From Chitinophagaceae bacterium (lineage in GTDB: Bacteria; Bacteroidota; Bacteroidia; Chitinophagales; Chitinophagaceae), in NCBI GenBank assembly GCA_031422725.1, contig JANPMI010000223.1:973-64972 (forward strand): 64,000 nt of DNA. Reading direction: 5' to 3'. Positions 1 through 9,071 of the stretch are shown here, piece after piece. Positions within the stretch are counted from its first letter, which is position 1, and every line of letters starts with the position of its first letter. A program made the position numbers and the translations under genes. The notes under the pieces were generated by a model that saw only the letters and a list, made by a program, of their open reading frames with translations, had not been told where the DNA came from and did not search any database.

Positions 1-32
1 GTTATTCATAAAAAAATTTACTTACAGCATTT

Positions 33-74
33 AAAAATTGGAGGAGTGTTTTATGTACACTCCTCCAATTTTTA
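33..74 (-). terminator. intrinsic terminator hairpin (possibly bidirectional)
   Basis: Perfect 13-bp stem attggaggagtgt (37-49) / acactcctccaat (57-69) with a 7-nt loop, flanked by AAAA and TTTT. It lies 63 nt downstream of the minus-strand CDS that stops at 137. Confidence 0.7.
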
Positions 75-136
75 TATCGTTAGACATTCCGGGATAAATA
101 AAATTATTATAAATTTTATAACAAAGTGGTTTAAAC

Positions 137-880
137 TTATTTAGAACTCAAATCAGCCCTTAAAAAAAGTAATTCACTCCAACTTTCGTCAATAAATTCA
201 GCGGCATCTTTAGAGTATTGTGCTAAAGAACCCTCTCCGTTTACAGCTTCAAATCTTTCTTTAAAAGGTTTACGAAAGCCTGGTGCTCTTTCTTTCAAAC
301 CTTGCTTATACCTTGTCACTATAGTGTACTGTGATTCTCCGGAAGAACTAGCAACATAAACAGCAACGCTTACACCGCTGGCTATCCATGTTTTTCTCAA
401 TCTCTTTATCATATTTTCTACATTATCACCCTGACCAATTTTGGGATATACATGGGAAATATTGATTTTATCAGAAAAATCACCCAATGCCACTGTGCTT
501 AAAGAATCCTGGTAAACAGAATAGCCACCCGATTGCCTGTCTGTTAAATAAATAGCTACACTTTTATTCCAATCCAGGTTATGCTCTGTTCCTAAATTAC
601 CCCTTACATCCTCTGCCTCCCAGCTTGTTGGTCCTTCAGTAATATGATACCCTCCCATATCCGGACCTGACTGGATGGCAAACACCCGCCAGTGGGCGGT
701 ACCACTATGGTACTTTTGTGCATGTGTAGCCAGGGCTTTTTCAAACTCAAGCACTTTGTCCACTTTTGGAAATACCCGATGGGTGGAAATCAAATTTTTG
801 GTTTGGCTTATACCAAGAATAGGCATAAGCATAGCAGCCAAAAAAAATGTGTTGAGCATTGCATTGAATTTGTGTTTCAT
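137..880 (-). CDS. secreted hypothetical protein
   Basis: ORF 137..973 trimmed to the internal ATG at 880, where MKHKFNAMLNTFFLAAMLMPILGISQ looks like a signal peptide. No family recognised by eye. Confidence 0.55.
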   Translation of the reverse strand: MKHKFNAMLNTFFLAAMLMPILGISQTKNLISTHRVFPKVDKVLEFEKALATHAQKYHSGTAHWRVFAIQSGPDMGGYHITEGPTSWEAEDVRGNLGTEHNLDWNKSVAIYLTDRQSGGYSVYQDSLSTVALGDFSDKINISHVYPKIGQGDNVENMIKRLRKTWIASGVSVAVYVASSSGESQYTIVTRYKQGLKERAPGFRKPFKERFEAVNGEGSLAQYSKDAAEFIDESWSELLFLRADLSSK

Positions 881-1109
881 TTCAAATTTGTTTTTGGTGA
901 ACGAATGGTTAAGATTGTAATCCTCTACAAAACTCACTTCAAACAGCCTTTTTTGTGAGTACAAATCCGCCATTCAAGTTCAATTTCTCAGCAATCAACA
1001 GGACAAATTGTGCACCGTCAGGATAAATTCATCATTTTTCGCAAAGCCGGGCCGTTTTGTTTTGGGGAGATAAAGGATAAAATGCCGCAGAGGTTATCTT
1101 TATACCTGC

Positions 1110-4100
1110 ATGCCAAAACCCCTCAACCATATTAAACTGCTGATTGTATTTTTTTTTATTGGAATTGGATTGGCCGCCTTTAGCCAAAAAGAAAAAGCCT
1201 ACGAGAGCATTTCCATTGCACAGGGTTTATCGCAGGGTATGGTATTTGATATGCTGCAAGACCAAGACGGGTTTATTTGGGCGGGTACCAAAAACGGCTT
1301 AAACCGGTATGATGGCTATAGTTTTAAAGTTTTTGTGAATGACCCTTATAATAATCACTCCCTCAGCAGCAATACCATTGTAAAATTATTTGAAGATAGC
1401 AAAGGCAGAATATGGGCCGGTACGGAAAACGCCGGGGTAAACCTTTATGATAAAAAAAGCGGTGTCCTTTACCGTATTGCAAATGACCCTAAAAATAGCA
1501 ACAGTCTTTCTGGAAATGGAATTAGAGCTATTGAGGAAATACCAGATGGAAGAATACTTATTGCAACAGATGCTGCAGGTCTTAACATTGTAACCATTAC
1601 CAATGATTTTTTAAAGAAAGAAGTGGCACCACCTGTTATAAAATTTTCGTTGCCCGGCAATACACAGGTATATGGCATGGGAAAAGATAATACGGGGAAC
1701 ATATGGATTGGCGGCATGAATGGGGCGGTTTATCAATTCGATTTAAAAAACAACAGTTTTGTCCCCTTGTCAAACGGAAGGTTGTATAACAATGGTTTTC
1801 TTAATAAAGATGGTACTATTGTTATTAATGGCAACCTGTTCCTTGATAATGGGAAAGACATCATTCCTTTATTTGATACGAAAAAAATGCCAGAAGGCAA
1901 TATCATTTTCAGACCCAATAGTGCATTGTGGGAGCTTCATCACCGTGAATTTCATTTTTACGATATCACCAGATGGGAAAAAGGGAGAGCAATAAACTGG
2001 AATGAACAATTACCGATTGATACTACTTCAAGAATTTGTTACCCGTTTATCATAGACCGTTCTGGTATAGTGTGGAGTGGCTCTGTTGGCTATGGATTAC
2101 GTAAATACAATACCAGCAACGCCATCTTTACAACACAGGTCAAAGGCAAAAGCGTCCGCTTAATTATACCAACAGTAAACAATGAACTTTTTTGGGTGGA
2201 TTATGGATACAAGTGGAGGCATATAAAAAAGGACACACAAGTTATTGATGCATTTAAAGAAATACAGGCAGTAGAACAGATTGATAATTTTATTATTTCT
2301 TCAAAAAACGATTACTGGATTAAAAGCGATAGAACGGGTTATTATGCTTACAACCCTGCAACTGCCTCTCTTACTGCATATCCGATAATAAATGCCAATC
2401 AACCATTTGGCAAAAAGCAACCTTTTTTAGAAGATAGTAAAGGCAATATTTGGTTGCCGGGGCAAGATGGTATGATTTCAGTTTATAACAAAGTTGCCAA
2501 TAAGCTTGATAGTATCAATATTAAAAAAGGAAGCGATAAAGTTTTATGCACGGCTTTGTTTGAAGATAAAGCAGGTGTGTTCTGGATTGGTTCTGAAAAT
2601 GGGTTTGCAAAAATTGTTCTTTCAAACAGCAACATTTCATCAGCACAGGTACAATGGTTTTACAATAATAGCAATAACCGAAATTCACTCAATTATAATT
2701 TTGTTTCTCATTTTTTGGAAGATCCGTTTAAACCGGAAAAATATTTGTGGCTGGCTACAAAGGGCGGCGGCCTGAACAGGTTGGATAAAACAACCGGTGA
2801 TTTTTTTCATCTCACTGCAAAAGATGGATTGCCTGATGATGTGGTGTATGGCATACTTACAGATGATGCAGGAAATATTTGGGGCAGTACCAATAAAGGT
2901 ATTTTTTGCATGACAGCAACACCCAGTCTCAATACCGTATCATTTAGTTTTAGAAACTTTACAAAAACTGCCGGTCTGCAGGATGATGAGTTTAACTCCG
3001 GGGCTTTTGCTAAATTACCCAATGGCAACCTGGCTTTTGGCGGCGTAAACGGATTAAATGTTTTTAACCCGGCAGCCGTTTTGAAAAGTGGATTTACACC
3101 CAATGTTTTTATTACAAATATTTTAGTAGGGAATAAAGTTGTACTACCTAACGATAATACAGGAGTATTGCAACAAACTATTGAACAAACACCATCCATT
3201 ACATTAAATCATTTACAGGATATATTAACACTTGAATTTTCGTCCCTTGATTTTACAGCGCCTAATCAAAATAAATACCGGTACCAGTTGGTTGGCATAG
3301 ATAAAGATTGGGTGGAAAGCGGTACCCGGCGTACTGCTACTTATTTGCACCTGCCATCAGGCAGTTATGTTTTTAAAGTACAGGGAAGCAATAGCCAGGG
3401 TGTATGGAGTAATAAGACAGCTGAATTAAAGATTAGGATAAACCCTCCATGGTGGCGTACCTGGTGGGCTTATATTTTGTATGCTTTATTGTTAGGGTTT
3501 GGCATCAGAAGTTATTTTAAATTCAGAATAAACAAAGCTAAACTGCAATCGGAATTAAACTTTGAACAACAGGAAGCCAAAAGAATAAAAGAGCTGGATG
3601 CAGTAAAAACACAACTATACGCCAACATTACCCATGAATTCAGAACTCCGCTTACCGTTATTTTGGGCATGGCCAGCCAGTTGAAAAACGATCCTGAGAA
3701 ACACCTGCATAATGGCGTAGATATGATTGTACGCAATGGGGAGAATTTATTGAACCTGGTAAATGAAATGCTGGATTTGTCGAAGCTGGAAAACGGTAAA
3801 ATGACATTGAATTTGATTAACGGGGATATCATTAGTTTTCTAAGGTACATTGTAGAATCGTTTCAGTCATTAGCAGTTAGCCAACAAAAGCAATTTCACT
3901 TTTTAGCAGATACAGATGAATTATTAGTAGCCTATGATGCCGAAAAAATCAGGCAGATAATTACGAATTTATTTTCTAACGCCTTAAAATTTACGCCGGC
4001 ATTGGGTAATGTATATGTAAGTATTTCTCAGGAGGCCGCTACAAACAATGATAAAACAATTTTAGTGTTGAAGGTAAAAGACACCGGTATTGGCATACCT

Positions 4101-5207
4101 GAAAATCAGATACCTCACATATTTGACCGTTTTTATCAATTAGACAACAGCCATACCCGCAAGGCAGAAGGAACAGGCATTGGGCTTGCACTCACCAAAG
4201 AATTAGTGAAATTAATGAATGGTACAATTGCTGTAAAAAGCCCCCCGGTAGGAGCTACAAAAGGGACTGAGTTTATTATTACTATCCCATTAACCAAAGC
4301 CAATTTAGCAGATGATGAAAGTATTATTATACCGCCATTTAAAGAAAACAGCAAGGCAATAAAAACAGAAGAAAAACCAAACTCATATCTAATTGATCCG
4401 GTAAATACCAGCAGTGCCAATCCATTAGTTTTATTGGTAGAAGATAATGCAGATGTGGTAGCCTACACAGCAAGCTGTTTGCCTGATTATAAATTAGCCG
4501 TAGGTAAAGATGGCAGAGAAGGTTTTGAAATAGCAGTAGATGTAATACCCGATTTAATCATTACGGATATAATGATGCCTTTTGTTGATGGTTTTGAAAT
4601 GTGCCGGAAGCTGCGCCAGGATGAACGGACAAGCCATATCCCCATCATCATGCTTACCGCCAAAGCAGATATGCAAAGCAAATTAGAAGGTATTGAAAAA
4701 GGGGCTGATGTATATTTAGAAAAGCCTTTTCATAAAGAAGAGCTATTGCTGCGAATAAAAAAATTATTAGAGCTTAGAAAGAACCTGCAACAATATTATA
4801 GTAAGCAAATTGGTATAATAGATAATACCCGAGCTTCACCAAAAGACGAAATTGAACCAAGTATACAAGAAAAGTCTGAACATGAATTTGTAAAAAAAGT
4901 GAGAGAAATTGTGGAGGCTAATTTTGCCAATTATGAATTTAGTGTAGAGCAATTATGCAAATTGATATTTATGAGCCACTCTCAATTGCATCGTAAACTG
5001 GATGCACTTACAGGTTGCTCTCCCAATAAATTTATCAGAATCGTTCGTTTAAATAAAGCAAAAGAGTTATTGGCTAATCCAGCTTTAAGTATTGCTGCTA
5101 TTGCATTGGATTGTGGCTACAATGATCCGGGATATTTTACAAGAGTGTTTAAACAAGAGATGGGTTTAACGCCGCAAGAGTGGCGGAGTAATAAACCCAA
5201 TCAATAA
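1110..5207 (+). CDS. hybrid two-component system sensor histidine kinase / response regulator with AraC-type HTH (HTCS)
   Basis: 1365-aa ORF with an ATG start. Long periplasmic beta-propeller-like repeat region, then TM WWAYILYALLLGFGI. H-box ITHEFRTPLT, ATPase boxes DTGIGI and GTGIGLAL, receiver LLVEDNADV...ITDIMMP, C-terminal AraC HTH GYNDPGYFTRVFKQEMGLTPQEWR. Confidence 0.9.
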   Translation: MPKPLNHIKLLIVFFFIGIGLAAFSQKEKAYESISIAQGLSQGMVFDMLQDQDGFIWAGTKNGLNRYDGYSFKVFVNDPYNNHSLSSNTIVKLFEDSKGRIWAGTENAGVNLYDKKSGVLYRIANDPKNSNSLSGNGIRAIEEIPDGRILIATDAAGLNIVTITNDFLKKEVAPPVIKFSLPGNTQVYGMGKDNTGNIWIGGMNGAVYQFDLKNNSFVPLSNGRLYNNGFLNKDGTIVINGNLFLDNGKDIIPLFDTKKMPEGNIIFRPNSALWELHHREFHFYDITRWEKGRAINWNEQLPIDTTSRICYPFIIDRSGIVWSGSVGYGLRKYNTSNAIFTTQVKGKSVRLIIPTVNNELFWVDYGYKWRHIKKDTQVIDAFKEIQAVEQIDNFIISSKNDYWIKSDRTGYYAYNPATASLTAYPIINANQPFGKKQPFLEDSKGNIWLPGQDGMISVYNKVANKLDSINIKKGSDKVLCTALFEDKAGVFWIGSENGFAKIVLSNSNISSAQVQWFYNNSNNRNSLNYNFVSHFLEDPFKPEKYLWLATKGGGLNRLDKTTGDFFHLTAKDGLPDDVVYGILTDDAGNIWGSTNKGIFCMTATPSLNTVSFSFRNFTKTAGLQDDEFNSGAFAKLPNGNLAFGGVNGLNVFNPAAVLKSGFTPNVFITNILVGNKVVLPNDNTGVLQQTIEQTPSITLNHLQDILTLEFSSLDFTAPNQNKYRYQLVGIDKDWVESGTRRTATYLHLPSGSYVFKVQGSNSQGVWSNKTAELKIRINPPWWRTWWAYILYALLLGFGIRSYFKFRINKAKLQSELNFEQQEAKRIKELDAVKTQLYANITHEFRTPLTVILGMASQLKNDPEKHLHNGVDMIVRNGENLLNLVNEMLDLSKLENGKMTLNLINGDIISFLRYIVESFQSLAVSQQKQFHFLADTDELLVAYDAEKIRQIITNLFSNALKFTPALGNVYVSISQEAATNNDKTILVLKVKDTGIGIPENQIPHIFDRFYQLDNSHTRKAEGTGIGLALTKELVKLMNGTIAVKSPPVGATKGTEFIITIPLTKANLADDESIIIPPFKENSKAIKTEEKPNSYLIDPVNTSSANPLVLLVEDNADVVAYTASCLPDYKLAVGKDGREGFEIAVDVIPDLIITDIMMPFVDGFEMCRKLRQDERTSHIPIIMLTAKADMQSKLEGIEKGADVYLEKPFHKEELLLRIKKLLELRKNLQQYYSKQIGIIDNTRASPKDEIEPSIQEKSEHEFVKKVREIVEANFANYEFSVEQLCKLIFMSHSQLHRKLDALTGCSPNKFIRIVRLNKAKELLANPALSIAAIALDCGYNDPGYFTRVFKQEMGLTPQEWRSNKPNQ

Positions 5208-5214
5208 TACAGGG

Positions 5215-6429
5215 CTATAACTTTTCGTTGGCCTTAAGCAGCCTTAAAAGATTACCACCCAATATTTTTGTTATATCTTTTTTACTATAACCTCTTTTCA
5301 CTAACCCCTCTGTAATCTTTGGAAAGTCTTCCACCCCATCCAATCCGGCGGGTAAAGAATTAACGCCATCAAAGTCACTGCCCATACCTACATAATCTAC
5401 TCCCACTAATTTTACAATATAGTCAAGATGGTCAAGCAGCAGCGATAATGGTGGTCGCAGATCTTTTACTTCATCCGGATATTTATTAAATAAATAGACT
5501 TGCATGAAGTATGGCTCAGGATTTACTTTCAGCATTGAATCCATTTCGGTTTTATGCTTTGCCGTAAAGGCATCACTCCTTGCTTCAAAAGCAGGATCAA
5601 GAAAACCGCTGTAAAAATTAAGATGGATAACACCACCGTTTTTAGCCACGGCTTTTATCTGTTCATCTTTCAAATTTCTCCGGTGCGGACAAAGTGAATA
5701 AACACAACTATGAGAAACCAATACTGGTTTTGTTGTAACAGCAATAGCATCCCAAAATGTTTGTTCACCCACATGGGAAAGATCAACCAGCATCCCCAGT
5801 TCATTCATTCGTTTTATTATTTGCTTTCCAAAATCAGTCAACCCCTTTTTTCTTACGGAGTCTGTTCCCCTCTCCACGGAGTGGAGAGGGGTTGGGGGTG
5901 AGGTTTCTGTCAACGCCGAAGTTGCCCAATCAGTAGAATTATTCCAGGTGATGGTCATATACCTTACACCTCTTTTATACAAGGCATCTAATTTGTTCAA
6001 ATCATTCTCCATCATGTGCCCGCCTTCCACACCAAAGAGCACCGCCAGTTTTTTTTGTTTGGCTGCTGAAATAATATCGCCGGCAGTAAATGCCTGCATC
6101 ATTTTATCAGAGTTTCTGTTTGTCCATGCCAGTACCGTATCAATTTCTCTGTTAGCCCAGGCATAAGGATTTTCCATATTACCATCACACCAGATAGAAA
6201 AAAATTGGGCATCCACCCCGCCTTCTTTCATCCGTTGCAAATCAGAATGTGTTTTTGTTTTTAATTGCTGATCAAAACTTACACCACCATCAATAGCTGT
6301 CGTAGGAATGTCGTTATGCGTATCAATCAATATGGAGTTGAAATGAATTTTCTTTGCCCGTTGGGCAGCAGTACTCAGCGACGTAAGCAGTAGTAACAGC
6401 ACTAAGAAATGCAGGCAGTAATTTTTCAA
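5215..6429 (-). CDS. membrane dipeptidase, peptidase family M19 (signal peptide)
   Basis: Motifs IDTHNDIP, VDLSHV, GSDFDG and VSHSC are typical of renal-dipeptidase-type enzymes. The start codon is TTG (no ATG near the signal peptide KNYCLHFLVLLLLLTSLSTAAQ). Confidence 0.85.
   Translation of the reverse strand: MKNYCLHFLVLLLLLTSLSTAAQRAKKIHFNSILIDTHNDIPTTAIDGGVSFDQQLKTKTHSDLQRMKEGGVDAQFFSIWCDGNMENPYAWANREIDTVLAWTNRNSDKMMQAFTAGDIISAAKQKKLAVLFGVEGGHMMENDLNKLDALYKRGVRYMTITWNNSTDWATSALTETSPPTPLHSVERGTDSVRKKGLTDFGKQIIKRMNELGMLVDLSHVGEQTFWDAIAVTTKPVLVSHSCVYSLCPHRRNLKDEQIKAVAKNGGVIHLNFYSGFLDPAFEARSDAFTAKHKTEMDSMLKVNPEPYFMQVYLFNKYPDEVKDLRPPLSLLLDHLDYIVKLVGVDYVGMGSDFDGVNSLPAGLDGVEDFPKITEGLVKRGYSKKDITKILGGNLLRLLKANEKL
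5867..5891. repeat. perfect 25-nt palindrome embedded in the dipeptidase CDS
   Basis: cccctctccac (5867-5877) gga gtggagagggg (5881-5891): an 11-bp stem with a 3-nt loop, followed by ttgggggtgagg. Read directly from the sequence. Confidence 0.85.
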
Positions 6430-6508
6430 AGCAATAAGTGTTGGTTAAAAGATGGGGGAAATTACTTTTCTTTCTGCACTTAATCCGGATAAAACCCAAC
6501 GAGGGAAA

Positions 6509-7291
6509 TTATTCTTCCTCCTCTCTTAAGAAAGGCAAAGGCCGCAATCCTTTTTTGAAACGAGTAAAGGATTCTTTGATAAACAACTGAAAGTCGTAAT
6601 CGCCGGCAAATTTTGTAAACATAAAAGAAGGCCTGTACAGTTGCATAAAACTGTCTAATTCATTACCGGTTAACAAAGTAAGCCGCCGCACCAGTGCTTT
6701 GCTGAAACGAAAATCAATAAACTTATCCTGCTCCTGCAAGAACAGACGTTTTTGAAAGGAAGCGATGCTGCGGTTTCGTTTAAAGCGGAACATGTTGATG
6801 ATTTCGTCCAGGTCAAACCCTGCGCCAACGCCATACTGCGGAGTTACCGTTTTTATTTTTGGCTTTTCGTAATTAAAAATCTTTGCATAATCAATCCTGT
6901 TTTGAATGGAATCCAGCTTATAATTTTTGGGCCTGATCTTTACTTCTTTTAACGTAGGTACATTGACAAGCAGTGAAATATCAAATGACATCGGGGTGGT
7001 TATTTTTAATACAGGAAATTTTACCGTTGGTTTATTCAGGTAGCTGAACCAGATAGAATCCTGCTCCATTACTTCTATTTCGTAATAACCGTCAGAATTG
7101 GTGATAGCACCAGTGCCGGATGTGGATAGCACACTGACAGCTTCCAGCGGATAATTCCGGGAACTATCATACACCATTCCCCGTATCTTATAAGTTTGTG
7201 CAGCAGACGGGAGAACAATAGCTGATAAACAAATAATTAGAAAAGGGATAATATAGAAAAATGGCCGTGACAATATTTGTATTCCCGGCAA
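6509..7291 (-). CDS. carboxypeptidase-regulatory-like domain protein
   Basis: Signal peptide, then YKIRGMVYDSSRNYPLEAVSVLSTSGTGAITNSDGYYEIEV, which is a CarboxypepD_reg-type beta-sandwich signature. TTG start. Confidence 0.65.
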   Translation of the reverse strand: MPGIQILSRPFFYIIPFLIICLSAIVLPSAAQTYKIRGMVYDSSRNYPLEAVSVLSTSGTGAITNSDGYYEIEVMEQDSIWFSYLNKPTVKFPVLKITTPMSFDISLLVNVPTLKEVKIRPKNYKLDSIQNRIDYAKIFNYEKPKIKTVTPQYGVGAGFDLDEIINMFRFKRNRSIASFQKRLFLQEQDKFIDFRFSKALVRRLTLLTGNELDSFMQLYRPSFMFTKFAGDYDFQLFIKESFTRFKKGLRPLPFLREEEE

Positions 7292-7318
7292 GTAACGAAA
7301 GAAAATGCAAATACTTAG

Positions 7319-7918
7319 TTAAGTTGATTTTTCGATTGTTTCTTTAATCACTTCCGGATAATGCTTATGCTCCAGTTCCCGGATACGCCGGGCCAGGGTA
7401 TCTGCAGTATCATTTTCCTGAACAGGACAGGTAGCCTGGAAAATTATTTTTCCATGATCATATAATTCATCCGTGTAATGAATACTGATGCCGCTTTCTT
7501 TTTCCTTGTTGGTAATTACAGCTTCATGAACATGATGACCGTACATGCCTTTGCCGCCATATTTTGGCAATAAGGCCGGATGTATATTGATAATTTTTTC
7601 CGGGTAAGCTTTTATCAGCGCAGCAGGCAGTTTCCAGAGAAAACCAGCCAGTACAATAAAATCAATCTCCTTTTCTTTCAACTCCTTTATATATACATCA
7701 CCATGAAAGAATTTTTCTTTTTCAAGAATGAGGGAAGGAATATTTTCTTTTGCTGCCATTTTCAATACCCCGGCCCCGGGTTTGTTGCAAACAACAAGGG
7801 TAACCCGGATATCCGGAATTTTTCTGTCCGCCAGTGCGGAAGTACCTGGTTTGAAGTAATCAATAATTTTTTCTGCATTACTTCCTCCCCCCGAAGCAAA
7901 AATGGCAACTCTTTTCAC
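7319..7918 (-). CDS. purN: phosphoribosylglycinamide formyltransferase
   Basis: The GTG start at 7916-7918 gives VKRVAIFASGGGSNAEKII. Other motifs: VLAGFLWKLP, NIHPALLPKYGG. The longer ORF to 8146 overlaps the divergent gene and adds sequence that is not PurN-like. Confidence 0.85.
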   Translation of the reverse strand: MKRVAIFASGGGSNAEKIIDYFKPGTSALADRKIPDIRVTLVVCNKPGAGVLKMAAKENIPSLILEKEKFFHGDVYIKELKEKEIDFIVLAGFLWKLPAALIKAYPEKIINIHPALLPKYGGKGMYGHHVHEAVITNKEKESGISIHYTDELYDHGKIIFQATCPVQENDTADTLARRIRELEHKHYPEVIKETIEKST

Positions 7919-7971
7919 CGGGCAAATATACAAGTCAATAATATGAGTAACTTGAAAGGAAATAATTGCCC

Positions 7972-8439
7972 GTGATAAAAGGATTATATGAAACCCATTT
8001 GCTGGTAGAAAATTTAGAAAGGTCCATTGACTTTTATAAAAATGTACTGGAACTGGAGCATTGTTATACAGAGGAAAAAAGGCGGATTGCTTTTTTCTGG
8101 ATAGGTAAACCAAAAGAGTATATGCTTGGTCTTTGGGAAAAACCAAAAAATGAAATGGAGATAAGACATTTTGCTTTTCGCTGCGATGCCTCAGCTATTT
8201 TACATCAATCGGTTGCGTATTTAAAAGAAAGAAACCTTAAGCCGTACAATTTTCTGAAAGATGAAAGAGAAATACCGATGGTATTTGCCTGGATGCCGGC
8301 CATTGCCATTTATTTTGATGATCCCGATGGAAATGTGCTGGAATTTATTGCTGTGCTGCCGGGAACAGCAAGGCCGGAACTGGGAGTAATATCATACGAA
8401 GAATGGTTGAAAGCTGAAAATAAAGCGATCTCATTGTAA
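7972..8439 (+). CDS. VOC (glyoxalase/bleomycin-resistance/dioxygenase) family protein
   Basis: IKGLYETHLLVENLERSIDFYKNVLEL is a typical VOC N-terminus. The start is either GTG at 7972 or TTG at 7966. Confidence 0.75.
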   Translation: MIKGLYETHLLVENLERSIDFYKNVLELEHCYTEEKRRIAFFWIGKPKEYMLGLWEKPKNEMEIRHFAFRCDASAILHQSVAYLKERNLKPYNFLKDEREIPMVFAWMPAIAIYFDDPDGNVLEFIAVLPGTARPELGVISYEEWLKAENKAISL

Positions 8440-8460
8440 CTGTTTTGACTTTTTTGATCT

Positions 8461-8775
8461 TTATGATTCGTCTGATTTCTGATCTCTGACCTCTGACTTC
8501 AAGATTCCCATTTTAACCCCTATTTTCCGGATATATTTTATAAAAAAGGGAAATTGTCCAAAGGGAATACTTACTATTAATACGGCCATTGGCCAGATCA
8601 GTGTAATCAGCAAGATATAAACCACCGCCCAGAGCCAGTCCTGCTGAATTGCGAGAGCATTCATTATCTTTTTACCAGCAAAACCAGTGGCACTTCCACC
8701 AATGGCAAATGTGCAGAGTATTAAAGCCAGTTGAAGGCCTTTTACTTTCCATTTTTTTTGTAATCGTTCAAACAT
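8461..8775 (-). CDS. small integral membrane protein
   Basis: 104 aa, ATG start, 2-3 hydrophobic helices (LQLALILCTFAIGG, WLWAVVYILLITLIWPMAVLIVSIPF). The C-terminal approximately 12 aa are encoded by a heptamer repeat tract. Confidence 0.5.
   Translation of the reverse strand: MFERLQKKWKVKGLQLALILCTFAIGGSATGFAGKKIMNALAIQQDWLWAVVYILLITLIWPMAVLIVSIPFGQFPFFIKYIRKIGVKMGILKSEVRDQKSDES
8471..8498. repeat. four tandem heptamers TCTGAYY
   Basis: tctgatt|tctgatc|tctgacc|tctgact read directly from the sequence. It overlaps the 3' end of CDS 8461..8775. Confidence 0.8.
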
Positions 8776-8989
8776 GGTGCAATCTGTGTCAGGTTTATCG
8801 AACCGTGGTATAAGTTAAGAGGCGCAAAAATGCAGAAAAAACTTTCAACAATTGGTTCATTTTTTATATCTGTTGAACTTTACACACAGGTTGACGAATT
8901 TATGACAAACAATTTTACAGCCTGATTAAAAAGGTTTAAAAATCCTGTGAAAGGCAGGCTGGTAGCGGGTTAAAAAAAAGTTAGACCTG

Positions 8990-9022
8990 TTGTCGTTTTG
9001 TTAAGTTCCTGACTTATTTTTG
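8990..9022 (+). promoter_or_regulatory. candidate Bacteroidota sigma-A promoter for the actA operon
   Basis: TTG (8990-8992), 22-nt spacer, TATTTTTG (9015-9022). This matches TTG...TAnnTTTG and lies 50 nt upstream of the actA ATG. Confidence 0.35.
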
Positions 9023-9071
9023 CGGCAGATTAACGGTTTTTATCCACATTTTTTCAGAGTCAATTGTATCT

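Noticed and set aside
7919-8146. N-terminal 76-aa extension of the purN ORF (track ORF 7319..8146)
   Set aside because: It overlaps the divergent VOC gene and has no PurN-like sequence. The GTG at 7916-7918 gives the canonical VKRVAIFASGGGSN start.
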